A DNA stretch of 64,000 nt, taken from positions 576,001-640,000 of the forward strand of contig CAWFJP010000014.1 in the NCBI GenBank assembly GCA_963816145.1, written 5' to 3'. The notes under the pieces were generated by a model, which made no database searches, had not been told where the DNA came from, and worked only from the letters and a program-made list of their open reading frames with translations. This document shows, in pieces, positions 39,145 through 47,718 of this stretch. This DNA is from an uncultured delta proteobacterium. Lineage in GTDB: Bacteria; Desulfobacterota; Binatia; UBA9968. The translations under genes and the position numbers were made by a program. Position 1 is the stretch's first letter, and each line of letters starts with the position of its first letter.

Positions 39145-40395
39145 CTACGACCGATAGCGCCACAATTGCGGTATCGCCAAGCAGATTCCCAGGATCATCA
39201 GCAAGCAGAGCGCACTGCCGAGCAAGAGCGCGTTGGGGGCACCGACTTGTTGGGCGGCGAAGCCGGCGAGGACGGCGCCCAAGCCGTTGGTGGCTTGGGC
39301 GAAGGCGGTGATAAGACTCGACGCGCGCCCAAGCATGCCGTCGGGGGCGAGCATTTGCACCACTGTGCGGCGGATCGCGACGCTCACCGAGTCGGCGAAG
39401 CCCAAGACTAGCGTCGTGCCCACCGCCATCCAAAACCAATTGGACACGCCCAGAAGCGCCAGGCTGGCGGCAAAGACAACGGCGGCGCAGACGACCAGCA
39501 CGCCCATTCGCTTGACATTGCCGATCATCAGCAGAACCACCGAGCCGACGATGGCGCCGAGCGACGGCGCGCCGTAGAGGATGCCCAAGCCGGAGGCGCC
39601 GGTTTTAAAAACATCCGCGGCGAAGATCGGCAGGATCGGCTTGTAAAAGCCCACTAAGGTGACGCCGAAGTCGAGCAGAAACAGTGACAAGATGATTCTT
39701 TGAATCCAGATAAACTCGATGCCTTCGAAAATGCTTTTCAAATTTACCCGGCGCCGCTCGCCTTCGGGGACGCCGGAAGTACGCATGGAGAAGATCGCGA
39801 TGCCCGAAGGGATGAACATGGCTATGGTTAGAAAGTAGGTGCTGACCAGGCCGCTCTGGTCGATGAGTACACCGCCTAACGCCGGTCCCAGGAGAAAGCT
39901 GGTTTGAATGATGATGGTGTTGAGCGTCACCGCGTTCATCATGTACGACGGCGGCACCAAGCGCGGGATCAGTGCCGATCGGGCCGGCCAGTTGAACACT
40001 TCCACCAGCGCGCCGACAAACCCCAGGGTAAAAATATGCCAGACCTGGATCGTTCCGGTCATGGTCAAGAAGCCGAGCAACAGGCTCGGAATCAGCTGGA
40101 TCGCCACCGTAACGACCAAGAGTTTCTTGCGGTCGAAGGCGTCGGCCACCGCGCCGGCGAACAGTCCGAAGATCACAAAGGGGAACGCTTGGAAAAATCC
40201 GGTGAGGCCGAGCTGCAACGCCGAGCCGGAAATCTCATACACCTGATACAGCCCGGCGACGTTGCGCACTTGGATCGCCACGGCGTTACAAACACTGGCG
40301 ATCCACATCAATCGGTAATCGCGGATGGCCAGCGACGCCCAGGGGCGCGTCGGCGCTGCCTCGGCGCTCGCAGTTATTTCTTCTGAATTAGCCAA
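39145..40395 (-). CDS. MFS transporter (EntS-like)
   Basis: SLAIRDYRLMW, GAVADAFDRKK, PARSALIPRLV, GPALGG, MLGRASS. Confidence 0.88.
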   Translation of the reverse strand: MANSEEITASAEAAPTRPWASLAIRDYRLMWIASVCNAVAIQVRNVAGLYQVYEISGSALQLGLTGFFQAFPFVIFGLFAGAVADAFDRKKLLVVTVAIQLIPSLLLGFLTMTGTIQVWHIFTLGFVGALVEVFNWPARSALIPRLVPPSYMMNAVTLNTIIIQTSFLLGPALGGVLIDQSGLVSTYFLTIAMFIPSGIAIFSMRTSGVPEGERRRVNLKSIFEGIEFIWIQRIILSLFLLDFGVTLVGFYKPILPIFAADVFKTGASGLGILYGAPSLGAIVGSVVLLMIGNVKRMGVLVVCAAVVFAASLALLGVSNWFWMAVGTTLVLGFADSVSVAIRRTVVQMLAPDGMLGRASSLITAFAQATNGLGAVLAGFAAQQVGAPNALLLGSALCLLMILGICLAIPQLWRYRS

Positions 40396-40519
40396 TGGGA
40401 CGGGATCGATGAAAGTGAAAAGTTACCGACAGCTATAGCGCGAGCGGATGAGGATTGCGAAGGGCAGGCGAGGCGGCGAAGTGTCGCATTCACTTCGCCG
40501 CCCCAACTCGTTTGTCAAA

Positions 40520-40810
40520 CTATCCGACGGCGGCTTGGTGCTTGTCTTCCAAGACGCCTTGATGTTCGGCCTGCGCGAGCACGGCTTCGATGGTTTTTAC
40601 CAACTGGCGCGCCGCGTCGACACTCAGCTCGACCGCTACACGGGCAGCGGGTCCTTTGGACTCATCGACGAAGTCAATGTTGAGCGCATGTTCGAGCGGC
40701 ATGCCGTAGGGATGATCGTAGGAGACGTTGCACTCTTTCAGATCGATCCACTCTTCGCCCTTTTTGCCGCGGCCGTAGATTTTTGCTTGATGGGTGATGC
40801 TTGTACACAT
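40520..40810 (-). CDS. Conserved hypothetical protein (DUF6295-like)
   Basis: MCT...VSYDHP...EHALNIDF...GPAARVAVELS..AR.L pattern recalled for this family. Confidence 0.75.
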   Translation of the reverse strand: MCTSITHQAKIYGRGKKGEEWIDLKECNVSYDHPYGMPLEHALNIDFVDESKGPAARVAVELSVDAARQLVKTIEAVLAQAEHQGVLEDKHQAAVG

Positions 40811-40828
40811 GATTGGATCCTCCGCTGC

Positions 40829-41584
40829 CTACTTCAAATGTTTCTCGCAGAAGGCCAAGACTTTCTTCCAACCGTCGACCGCCTGCTCCTGGCGATAGGC
40901 CGGACGATCGTAATAGAAAAATCCATGGCCGGCGCCGTCGTAGCGGTGAAATTCATGGTTCTTGCCGCACTTCTTGAGTTCGGCTTCATGCTGATTGACC
41001 TGCTCGGGCGAGGGTGATTTATCGTCGTTGCCGAATAGGCCGATCATCGGGCAGGAGAGATCCTTGGTATAGTCGATCGGCGCCACCGGTTTTTTGGGCG
41101 TCAGTTCTTCCGCCTTCATGACCACACCGCCACCCCAGCACTCGACCAGCGCGTCGATGCCTTTGGAGCGGCACGCCGCGAGAAAGCCATGGCGTCCGCC
41201 GGAGCATGTGCCAAAGACGCCGACCTTGCCGTTCAGGTAGGGCTGTGAGCGGAGCAGCTTATTGGCGCCGTCGAGATCGCCCAACACTTGCTCGTCGGGG
41301 ATGCCGCCGGCAGCGCGCACCTTGGCGCCGACATCTTCCGCGGTGCCGTGGCCGTCGCGGAAATAGAGGTTGGGGGAAATCGTCACATAACCATGATGGG
41401 CAAAGCGCCGGGTGCATTCTTTATACCATTCGTCCCAGCCGGGCGCATGGTGGATCAGCACCATCCCGGGAAACGGCCCGGCGCCGAGGGGGCGGGCCAT
41501 ATAAGCGTTGATGGTTTCGCCTTTATGTCCTTGCATGGTCACGGTTTCGGCAATCATACCTTCGTACTGATTGGTTTGATACAT
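40829..41584 (-). CDS. Dienelactone hydrolase family protein
   Basis: GTCSGG nucleophile, D (GNDDKSP) and H (AGHGFF) triad; GGAGGAG RBS. Confidence 0.92.
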   Translation of the reverse strand: MYQTNQYEGMIAETVTMQGHKGETINAYMARPLGAGPFPGMVLIHHAPGWDEWYKECTRRFAHHGYVTISPNLYFRDGHGTAEDVGAKVRAAGGIPDEQVLGDLDGANKLLRSQPYLNGKVGVFGTCSGGRHGFLAACRSKGIDALVECWGGGVVMKAEELTPKKPVAPIDYTKDLSCPMIGLFGNDDKSPSPEQVNQHEAELKKCGKNHEFHRYDGAGHGFFYYDRPAYRQEQAVDGWKKVLAFCEKHLK

Positions 41585-41921
41585 CTGCTACTCCTCCTTC
41601 AAGAGTTCCACTAAGATCAGAACTCATTAATACGAAACGCCCCGTTTCTGCAACCGCTCGAGAGGGCGTTACCGGGCTAAAAATTCACCCTTTTTGGACT
41701 TGCACGCCGCTGGGCTCTTAAGTTAAGCTTTTGCTACACATCAGTATGGGGCCTTCTGATAGTGACAAAAAAAGCAAAGTTGAAGGTCTAGGGCGTCTTA
41801 CCTTGCAGTTCGGTGCCACGCGGACAATCCGACCAGAGCGTGTCTATCACTCCATGTTCTGCTGCCAGCGGTGATCAGTTCTCAGGGCAAAGACCATAAC
41901 AGATGTTTAGAAGGAGAGAGC

Positions 41922-42260
41922 ATGAGCAGTAAAATTTACGTGGGTGGTTTGCCGTACGCGACCACGGATGCACAGCTACAGGACTTGTTTTCGGCCCACG
42001 GCGCGGTGGAGTCGGCAAGGGTGATCACGGATAAGTTCACCGGACGTTCGCGCGGTTTCGGCTTCGTCGAAATGTCAAATTCCGACGAAGCGCAAAAAGC
42101 GATCCAAGCGCTTAACGGCACCGACTTCGAAGGCCGCAACCTTACGGTCAATGAAGCCCGTCCACAGGAACGTCGTTCCGGCGGCGGTTTTGGCGATCGC
42201 GGCGGCGAACGCCGTGGCGGTGGTGGCGGTGGCGGTGGTGGTGGCCGCAATCGTTGGTAG
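41922..42260 (+). CDS. RRM RNA-binding protein with a Gly/Arg-rich tail
   Basis: RNP2 IYVGGL, RNP1 RGFGFVEM, LTVNEARP. Confidence 0.95.
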   Translation: MSSKIYVGGLPYATTDAQLQDLFSAHGAVESARVITDKFTGRSRGFGFVEMSNSDEAQKAIQALNGTDFEGRNLTVNEARPQERRSGGGFGDRGGERRGGGGGGGGGGRNRW

Positions 42261-42282
42261 ACTTCAGTCACTATTCCCATTC

Positions 42283-42324
42283 AACGAAAAGGGGCGCTAG
42301 GTCGGGGCGCCCCTTTTGTTTTTA
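42283..42324 (+). terminator. Rho-independent terminator
   Basis: AAAAGGGGCGC-loop-GCGCCCCTTTT followed by GTTTTT. Confidence 0.8.
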
Positions 42325-42333
42325 TTAGCCCTA

Positions 42334-42557
42334 CACCACGAACAGACTGTGTCGCAACTGTCATTTCGAGGTGAAGCCGAGAAATCTCTTCTTCGTATGT
42401 GGCTGAAAACACGAGATCCCTCGCTGCGCTCGGGATGACAGATGTGGGGCATTTGCTCATTACGACACAGTCTCGAAGTCACGAAGGGCAGCAAGTTCGG
42501 AATTTAAATGATCCGAATTCTCTGAACCCTTCGTGAACTTTGTGTCCTTCGTGGTGA
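42334..42557. mobile_element. Type A element interrupted by a ~130-bp MITE that itself carries a REP doublet
   Basis: TIRs AGACTGTGTCGCAA (42344-42357) / TTACGACACAGTCT (42460-42473); (C)GAA duplicated on both sides; interior TGTCATTTCGAG...GGGATGACA. Confidence 0.75.
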
Positions 42558-42610
42558 CATCGGTTATCCTCACCGAGCAAATCTACGACGTTAGTAATTC
42601 AACACGAGTA

Positions 42611-43165
42611 TTGTCGAACGACGTGGAAAACATTTCTCTAGAACAGTTGCCTTTGCTGGATCTCAATGGCAGGCCCGTCAATCTCGCCGAACAGTTCGAC
42701 AATTATCTCCTGCTGATTTTTCTGCGCCACCTGGCTTGACTGCCTTGCCAAGCGCACCTCGGCGAGGTGCGCCGACGGCATGCCGAGTTCGATCGCCGCG
42801 GCGTTACTATCGCTGTGATTTCCTTCGCCGACCCGGCTCGGCTGGTGCGTTATCAAGAGCATCATCAGTGGCCGTTCACGATGCTCGCCGATCCCGAGCG
42901 CCAGGCCTATCGAGCGTTTGCCTTGAAACGGTTGTCGTGGTTTCAAGTGTTTGCGCCGGCGGCTCTGAAGTTGTACTGGAAACTGTTGCGCGGTGGTATG
43001 AAGCCGGAGCATTACGAGGGCGACGATATCTACCAGTCCGGCGGCGACTTCCTGATTGATCGCAACGGAAATATCTTGTTCGCCCATCGCAGCCAAGATC
43101 CCGCCGACCGGCCAAGTGTAATAGAGTTGCTGCAAGCAATTGACTGCGTTCTGCGCAAGCCGTAG
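42611..43165 (+). CDS. Putative selenoprotein: AhpC/TSA (peroxiredoxin-like) protein with a U-x-x-C motif; UGA at 42737-42739
   Basis: Two same-frame ORFs join as LLIFLRHLA-U-LPCQAHL; C-terminus QSGGDFLID..G.I.FAH.S.DPADRP; hairpin immediately downstream of the UGA. Start is TTG 42611 or GTG 42623. Confidence 0.8.
42741..42780 (+). promoter_or_regulatory. Bacterial SECIS-like hairpin
   Basis: Perfect 9-bp stem GCGCACCTC-GGC-GAGGTGCGC starting 13 nt after the UGA, G-led loop, lower TGCC/GGCA pairing. Confidence 0.65.
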
Positions 43166-43201
43166 AAGCAATAGATCGCAACGACAAATCTTGGGGGAAA
43201 T

Positions 43202-44167
43202 ATGGCCAATCCAAAACTTACTATCGCGATATCGCACTACGACCGGCATGTGCCGTTCTTCGACGGCACGGTGAAAACCGAAGGCATCGACTTGAACGTT
43301 TTGATCGTCGGTCAGTCGGACCGCCAGCGCGATGGCGAAGACCGCCATGAGCGCATGCTGCAAAAAGGTGAATTCGATGTTGCCGAGGTATCGCTGTCCT
43401 CGTACTTGATGGCCAAGAGCCGCGCCATGCCCTTCACGGCGATGCCGGTTTTCCCACGCCGTCTGTTCAGCCACTCGCAGATGTGGATCAACGTCGACGC
43501 CGGCATCAATGAGCCGAAAGACCTGATCGGCAAAAAAGTCGGCCTGCATAGTTTTCAAAATACTTTGGCGACATTGTCCAAGGGTGACTTGCAGAGCGAG
43601 TTCGACGTGCCCTGGCGCAAGATTCACTGGATGCTCAGCAAGAAAGACAACATCGAGTTCGAGCCGGAGAAGGGCGTCAAGATCGAACAGCTCGCCGAGA
43701 GCGCCAACGTCGGCGACATGCTGGAGAAGGGCGAGATCAGCGCCATGATGACGCCGCACCCGCCGAAGCCGGTCCTGCGCGGGTCGAAGAAAATCAAGCG
43801 ACTATTCGCCGACCCCAAGGCCGAAGATCTGAAGTATTACAAAAAGAACGGCTTTTTCCCGATCATGCATGTGGTCGCCTTCAGAGACGACGTCCTGAAA
43901 AAATATCCCGAAGCCGCCGCCAGTCTGTTCAAAGCCTTCGGCGAAGCCAAGAAGATTTGCCGCGAATTCTACGCCGACCCCAACTGGTCATGGCTCGCGT
44001 GGGGCAGGCAGGCGTTCGAAGAAGAAGAAAAGTTGTTAGGCGATCCCTGGCCGCTGGGTTTGGAAAACAACCGCGCGAATCTGGAAAGATTTGTCGGTTA
44101 TTCGCTCGATCAGGGGTTGATGGCGAAGAAGATGGCGGTGGAGGAGTTGTTCTTGCCGCTCAACTGA
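43202..44167 (+). CDS. 4,5-dihydroxyphthalate decarboxylase-like protein (PBP2 fold)
   Basis: YDR..P..DG.V..EG, FDVAEVSLSSY, PVFPRR.F.H, FPIMHVV, DPWPLG..NR, QGL. Confidence 0.78.
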   Translation: MANPKLTIAISHYDRHVPFFDGTVKTEGIDLNVLIVGQSDRQRDGEDRHERMLQKGEFDVAEVSLSSYLMAKSRAMPFTAMPVFPRRLFSHSQMWINVDAGINEPKDLIGKKVGLHSFQNTLATLSKGDLQSEFDVPWRKIHWMLSKKDNIEFEPEKGVKIEQLAESANVGDMLEKGEISAMMTPHPPKPVLRGSKKIKRLFADPKAEDLKYYKKNGFFPIMHVVAFRDDVLKKYPEAAASLFKAFGEAKKICREFYADPNWSWLAWGRQAFEEEEKLLGDPWPLGLENNRANLERFVGYSLDQGLMAKKMAVEELFLPLN

Positions 44168-44180
44168 ATGCTAGGGTACG

Positions 44181-44474
44181 CTAGCGACGGGCTAGACCGA
44201 AACTCGGGCGGCGCCGGTGGTGCCGGATAAGTAAGATCCGGACCGTGTCGTCGTTTACGATGCGAAACAATACCGAATATGGAAAACGCCGGACAAAGCC
44301 ACGGCGGGTGCCGTTTTCGACTACGGGGAATTGAAACGGATTGGAACGAATTCGGGCAATCGTCGCGTAGATTTCAGAGCGAAACTCGGTGCCAAGGTTG
44401 GGACGTTGTCGGTTGTAATAGGCGACAGCGCTGTTCAGATCAGATGCGGTAAGCGGGTGATAGTCGACAATCAT
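44181..44474 (-). CDS. RelE/ParE family toxin
   Basis: YHPLTASDL..AVAYY...LGTEF...RRFPYSVLF...HHRRRP; ATGA overlap with the antitoxin. Confidence 0.85.
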   Translation of the reverse strand: MIVDYHPLTASDLNSAVAYYNRQRPNLGTEFRSEIYATIARIRSNPFQFPVVENGTRRGFVRRFPYSVLFRIVNDDTVRILLIRHHRRRPSFGLARR

Positions 44475-44710
44475 TCAGACGTACCACCGGTCCGCTTTAG
44501 AAACTCGGCGTGATCGATGGTTCTAACTTTTCCGGACTCCACATCGGCATTGCGCTGTGATGCTAGCTGGACGCCCTCTGGGTCAATGGCGTGGTTGCCC
44601 TCGGCGGCGGGATCGCTAACAAGACTTTCCCATGCGATTGTTGCTAGGCGCTCCCGCTCAGCGGGCGAGAGGGCTAGAATCTCTTTCTCAAGCTCGATAA
44701 TCGTACTCAT
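44471..44710 (-). CDS. Addiction-module antitoxin
   Basis: EILALSPAERERLA..WESL ... R.ADVESGKV. Confidence 0.82.
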   Translation of the reverse strand: MSTIIELEKEILALSPAERERLATIAWESLVSDPAAEGNHAIDPEGVQLASQRNADVESGKVRTIDHAEFLKRTGGTSE

Positions 44711-44820
44711 GGGCAAAGTATAGCTCGGAGCCTGCGGGTGGCGCAATGAGACCGGAGCTCAATCGGTGCCGATCGCCCCGGTGGTTGTTTTTCTTCTGTG
44801 GCATCCTGTTTGGACTTATT

Positions 44821-45234
44821 CTAGCTCCTGGGAGCGCCTAAGCGGTCGCAACGATCCAAAAAATCTGAGATCTGAGCGACAGTAACTGACCACTCACTGA
44901 TTTCGTGGCGGTCGTCGTTCAGAACACGTCGAGGAAGAATATCCCTGAAGGCTCCGTTTACTGATAGTCTTTGCTGTACGAAACAGTTGTTTCCCTCGCG
45001 ATAAATGACCCAAGCGAATCGTGGGTCATGCTTCAATACTGCAGTGCGTTCACCGGCAATGAGTGCGCGTAGCCGTCCTTGCCAGACTGTTTCCATTTGA
45101 TCGACTGTTGCTGTCGTTGGATGACACGCAAACTGTTCCGTGAATTCCCCTATCGTAATTTGTCCCATTCGCTGTCCGTCTGGACCTAGTTGAATGGGCG
45201 GTAGGAGGTAAATAGCAAAGGCCAAAGCATTCAA
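44821..45234 (-). CDS. CdiI-like immunity protein (Enterobacter cloacae CdiI type), orphan
   Basis: FAI..I.IGEF.E.F ... W ... WVIYREG..FVQ ... R..NDD..ISEW.V..I.DF pattern matches my recollection of that family. Confidence 0.55.
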   Translation of the reverse strand: MNALAFAIYLLPPIQLGPDGQRMGQITIGEFTEQFACHPTTATVDQMETVWQGRLRALIAGERTAVLKHDPRFAWVIYREGNNCFVQQRLSVNGAFRDILPRRVLNDDRHEISEWSVTVAQISDFLDRCDRLGAPRS

Positions 45235-45248
45235 AGTTTGTCCTTATA

Positions 45249-47600
45249 TCACTGGAAGATCAGTTTATTTAGCCGACAACACTGGCCACGATGTGCGACC
45301 GATGCACTGATCGCGTCGTTGTCACTGTTCGGAATCAAGAGATTTGTGTTTGCGCCATTCCGACTGAACGGGTTGTGGCCATCGAGATTGAGATCTTGGC
45401 AGGCTTGCCACCAGCCATAGACAGTGGTGACGACGTTTGGGTGTAGGGAGTCATTTAACTTGGCTTTCAGTTTCACTTTCCCGGTGGTGGTTTCCACGGT
45501 GATCCAGTCGCCGTCGGCGATACCATTAGCTTCGGCTGTGCTCGGATGAATTTCGACAAACGGCTCGGGTACGGCGCGGCGCAGGCGCGCGATGTTACGG
45601 TGTTGCTGGTCGCAGAAGTGGATGTCACGGAAGAAGGTTAGCGTGAGCGGGTATTCGGCGTTTTCTTGATTCTTCTCGAATTTCGGAATTGGCGGGTAGC
45701 CGGCGTTAGCGAAAGCTGTCGCATAGATTTCGATCTTGCCGGTTAGTGTGTTGAAGCCTCTGGGCTGACCTGTTGAGGGGTTTATCTCGGCGAATTTTCT
45801 GTGCCGAGTTTTGACCGGAGCGCGCATGCCGATCGGGTTGGCTCGCAGTTCTTCGGTCGTCAGACCGGACGGCGCGAGTTGGTGGGCGATGGCGGTTTCG
45901 ACGTTTCCATCGAAGAAATGTTCAGTCAGGTCCAAACGTTTGGCCAAGTCGAAGATGATCTCCACTTCGGAGCGCGACTCGCCGACGGGTTTGGTTACGG
46001 CGGGGCGCTGTTGTGCCCAGTTCATCGTATCCTCTGCGATCTCGGAGAAGGGCAGCAACGCTTCGCGCTCCCAACAAGTAGTCGCTGGCAGAATCAAGTC
46101 GGCGAAGTGAGCGCTGGGGTTGAGCGTGGTGTCAACGTGGATGTAGAAGTCGACGGCTTCAAGCGCGGCTTTGCCGCGCAGCGGGTCACCGTGGCCTAAG
46201 AGCGGATCAGTGCCAAACAAAACCGCGGCTTTGACGGGGTATGGTTTGCCTGTGAGGATTGCGTCGTAAACGGTGCCAGCTTGGACGAGTCCCGGATCGG
46301 CCGGCGGGCCGAGCGGATGTTGATCGAGGCCGAGGCGCTTGGTTGCTTGCTCCTTCGGTAACAGTTCTCGGCCATTAATCGGATTCGTTGGCGTCATTGC
46401 GAACAGTATATTGCTACCGCGCTCGTCGTATTGTCCGGTGAGCGCGTAGAAGATGCAGACAACGCGGTTGGTTTGCATGGCGTCGTTGTCCTGTTCGAGA
46501 CCGACCCAGGTGCAGTAGCTCGACGGTTTATCTTTCGCGAATAGCCGGACCGCTTCACGAACTTCCTCCGGCGGCACCGTGGTGATTTTTTCTGATCGCT
46601 CCGGCGCAAACTGCGAGACCTCTTCCTTAAGCACTTCGAGGGCAGGTCTGCATTCTACCGTCGAACCATCCAATAATTTTGCCGAGTAATTGCCGAAGAT
46701 TGCCGGCTTCTTCGCTTCGTTGTACGCGTGAAATCCGTCCAGCTTATCCCATACCATCCACCGGTGATGCTGTGCATTTGGGTGAAGGTCAGCTTCCGTC
46801 AACAACTGTTGGTTATCAGAGCGGACCAAGAAGGGACCGTTGGTCCAGTTACGTGCGAAATCCGCGTCGAAAAGTTTTTCTTCCAACATCACATGAATCA
46901 TCGCCATCGCAAGCTCGCCGTCTTTGCCTGGGCGAACGCGCAGCCAGCAGTCGGCTTTGGCGGCGAGCGTTGTTTTGCGCGGGTCGATGACGATGAGTTT
47001 AGCACCGCGGTTGCGCGCGCGGCTGATGCGTCCGGCTTGGGCCGGCGAGGTTGCCGGTGGATTGATGCCCCAGATGAGCATGCACTGGGTGTTGTCGAAG
47101 TCGGGGAGCGGCATGCCACTGCCGTAGGTGTATTTCGAACCGACACGGCGGTTCCAGGTGCAGATATGATTGGAAGTCAGCAGATTGGGACTGCCGAACG
47201 CATTGGCCAAGCGCTGCACCCAGCCATCGAAGTCGATGGCCGCGCTGCCGGCGGTGGTGGCGCGCGAAAACACCACCGCTTCGGCGCCGTAATTATCTTT
47301 GATGTCGGCGAGGCGCAGCGCCGCGAGACTGAGCGCTTGCTCCCAAGTGATTTCGACCCAGCCGGGATTGGCATCGCCTTTGGCGCGCGTGCGCACCAGA
47401 GGATGTTGCAGGCGATCGGGCGAGTAGACGATCTCCGGCGCGGCTGTGCCTTTGACGCAGACGCAACCGTTGGGATGGTCGGGATCGGCATTGACCTGCG
47501 TGAGCCGGCCGTCCTCGACCGTCGCGATGACGCCGCAGCGCGATGTGCACATGGCGCAGTAGGTGTGAAGTTGTTCGGTGGCGATGGTGTTACTCTCCAA
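45249..47600 (-). CDS. DMSO reductase-family molybdopterin oxidoreductase with an N-terminal 4Fe-4S (acetylene hydratase-like branch)
   Basis: CAMCTSRC...CVKG, IWGINP, VIDPR, RPGKDGELA, ADLILPAT, EIHP..A..GI.DG; no Tat signal. Confidence 0.88.
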   Translation of the reverse strand: MESNTIATEQLHTYCAMCTSRCGVIATVEDGRLTQVNADPDHPNGCVCVKGTAAPEIVYSPDRLQHPLVRTRAKGDANPGWVEITWEQALSLAALRLADIKDNYGAEAVVFSRATTAGSAAIDFDGWVQRLANAFGSPNLLTSNHICTWNRRVGSKYTYGSGMPLPDFDNTQCMLIWGINPPATSPAQAGRISRARNRGAKLIVIDPRKTTLAAKADCWLRVRPGKDGELAMAMIHVMLEEKLFDADFARNWTNGPFLVRSDNQQLLTEADLHPNAQHHRWMVWDKLDGFHAYNEAKKPAIFGNYSAKLLDGSTVECRPALEVLKEEVSQFAPERSEKITTVPPEEVREAVRLFAKDKPSSYCTWVGLEQDNDAMQTNRVVCIFYALTGQYDERGSNILFAMTPTNPINGRELLPKEQATKRLGLDQHPLGPPADPGLVQAGTVYDAILTGKPYPVKAAVLFGTDPLLGHGDPLRGKAALEAVDFYIHVDTTLNPSAHFADLILPATTCWEREALLPFSEIAEDTMNWAQQRPAVTKPVGESRSEVEIIFDLAKRLDLTEHFFDGNVETAIAHQLAPSGLTTEELRANPIGMRAPVKTRHRKFAEINPSTGQPRGFNTLTGKIEIYATAFANAGYPPIPKFEKNQENAEYPLTLTFFRDIHFCDQQHRNIARLRRAVPEPFVEIHPSTAEANGIADGDWITVETTTGKVKLKAKLNDSLHPNVVTTVYGWWQACQDLNLDGHNPFSRNGANTNLLIPNSDNDAISASVAHRGQCCRLNKLIFQ

Positions 47601-47615
47601 GAGCGAAGAGGGTTT

Positions 47616-47697
47616 TCACCACGAAGGACACGAAGAGCACGAAGTTCGGAATCTTAGTTCTTCAAAAACTTCGTGTCCTTCGTGCTCTTCGTGGTGA
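47616..47697. repeat. Type A palindromic tandem element
   Basis: TCACCACGAAGGACACGAAGAGCACGAAG...CTTCGTGTCCTTCGTGCTCTTCGTGGTGA. Confidence 0.9.
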
Positions 47698-47718
47698 GAT
47701 TGATTATTCTTCCTAACG

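Noticed and set aside
42215-42246. GGT/GGC trinucleotide run
   Set aside because: Simply encodes the glycine-rich tail typical of bacterial RRM proteins.
44181-45234. TA pair and CdiI-like gene as integron cassettes
   Set aside because: No RYYYAAC...GTTRRRY hairpins found at their ends.
45249-47600. Second selenoprotein in the Mo-oxidoreductase
   Set aside because: The ORF is uninterrupted, and the likely Mo-ligand position is Cys (NHICTW).
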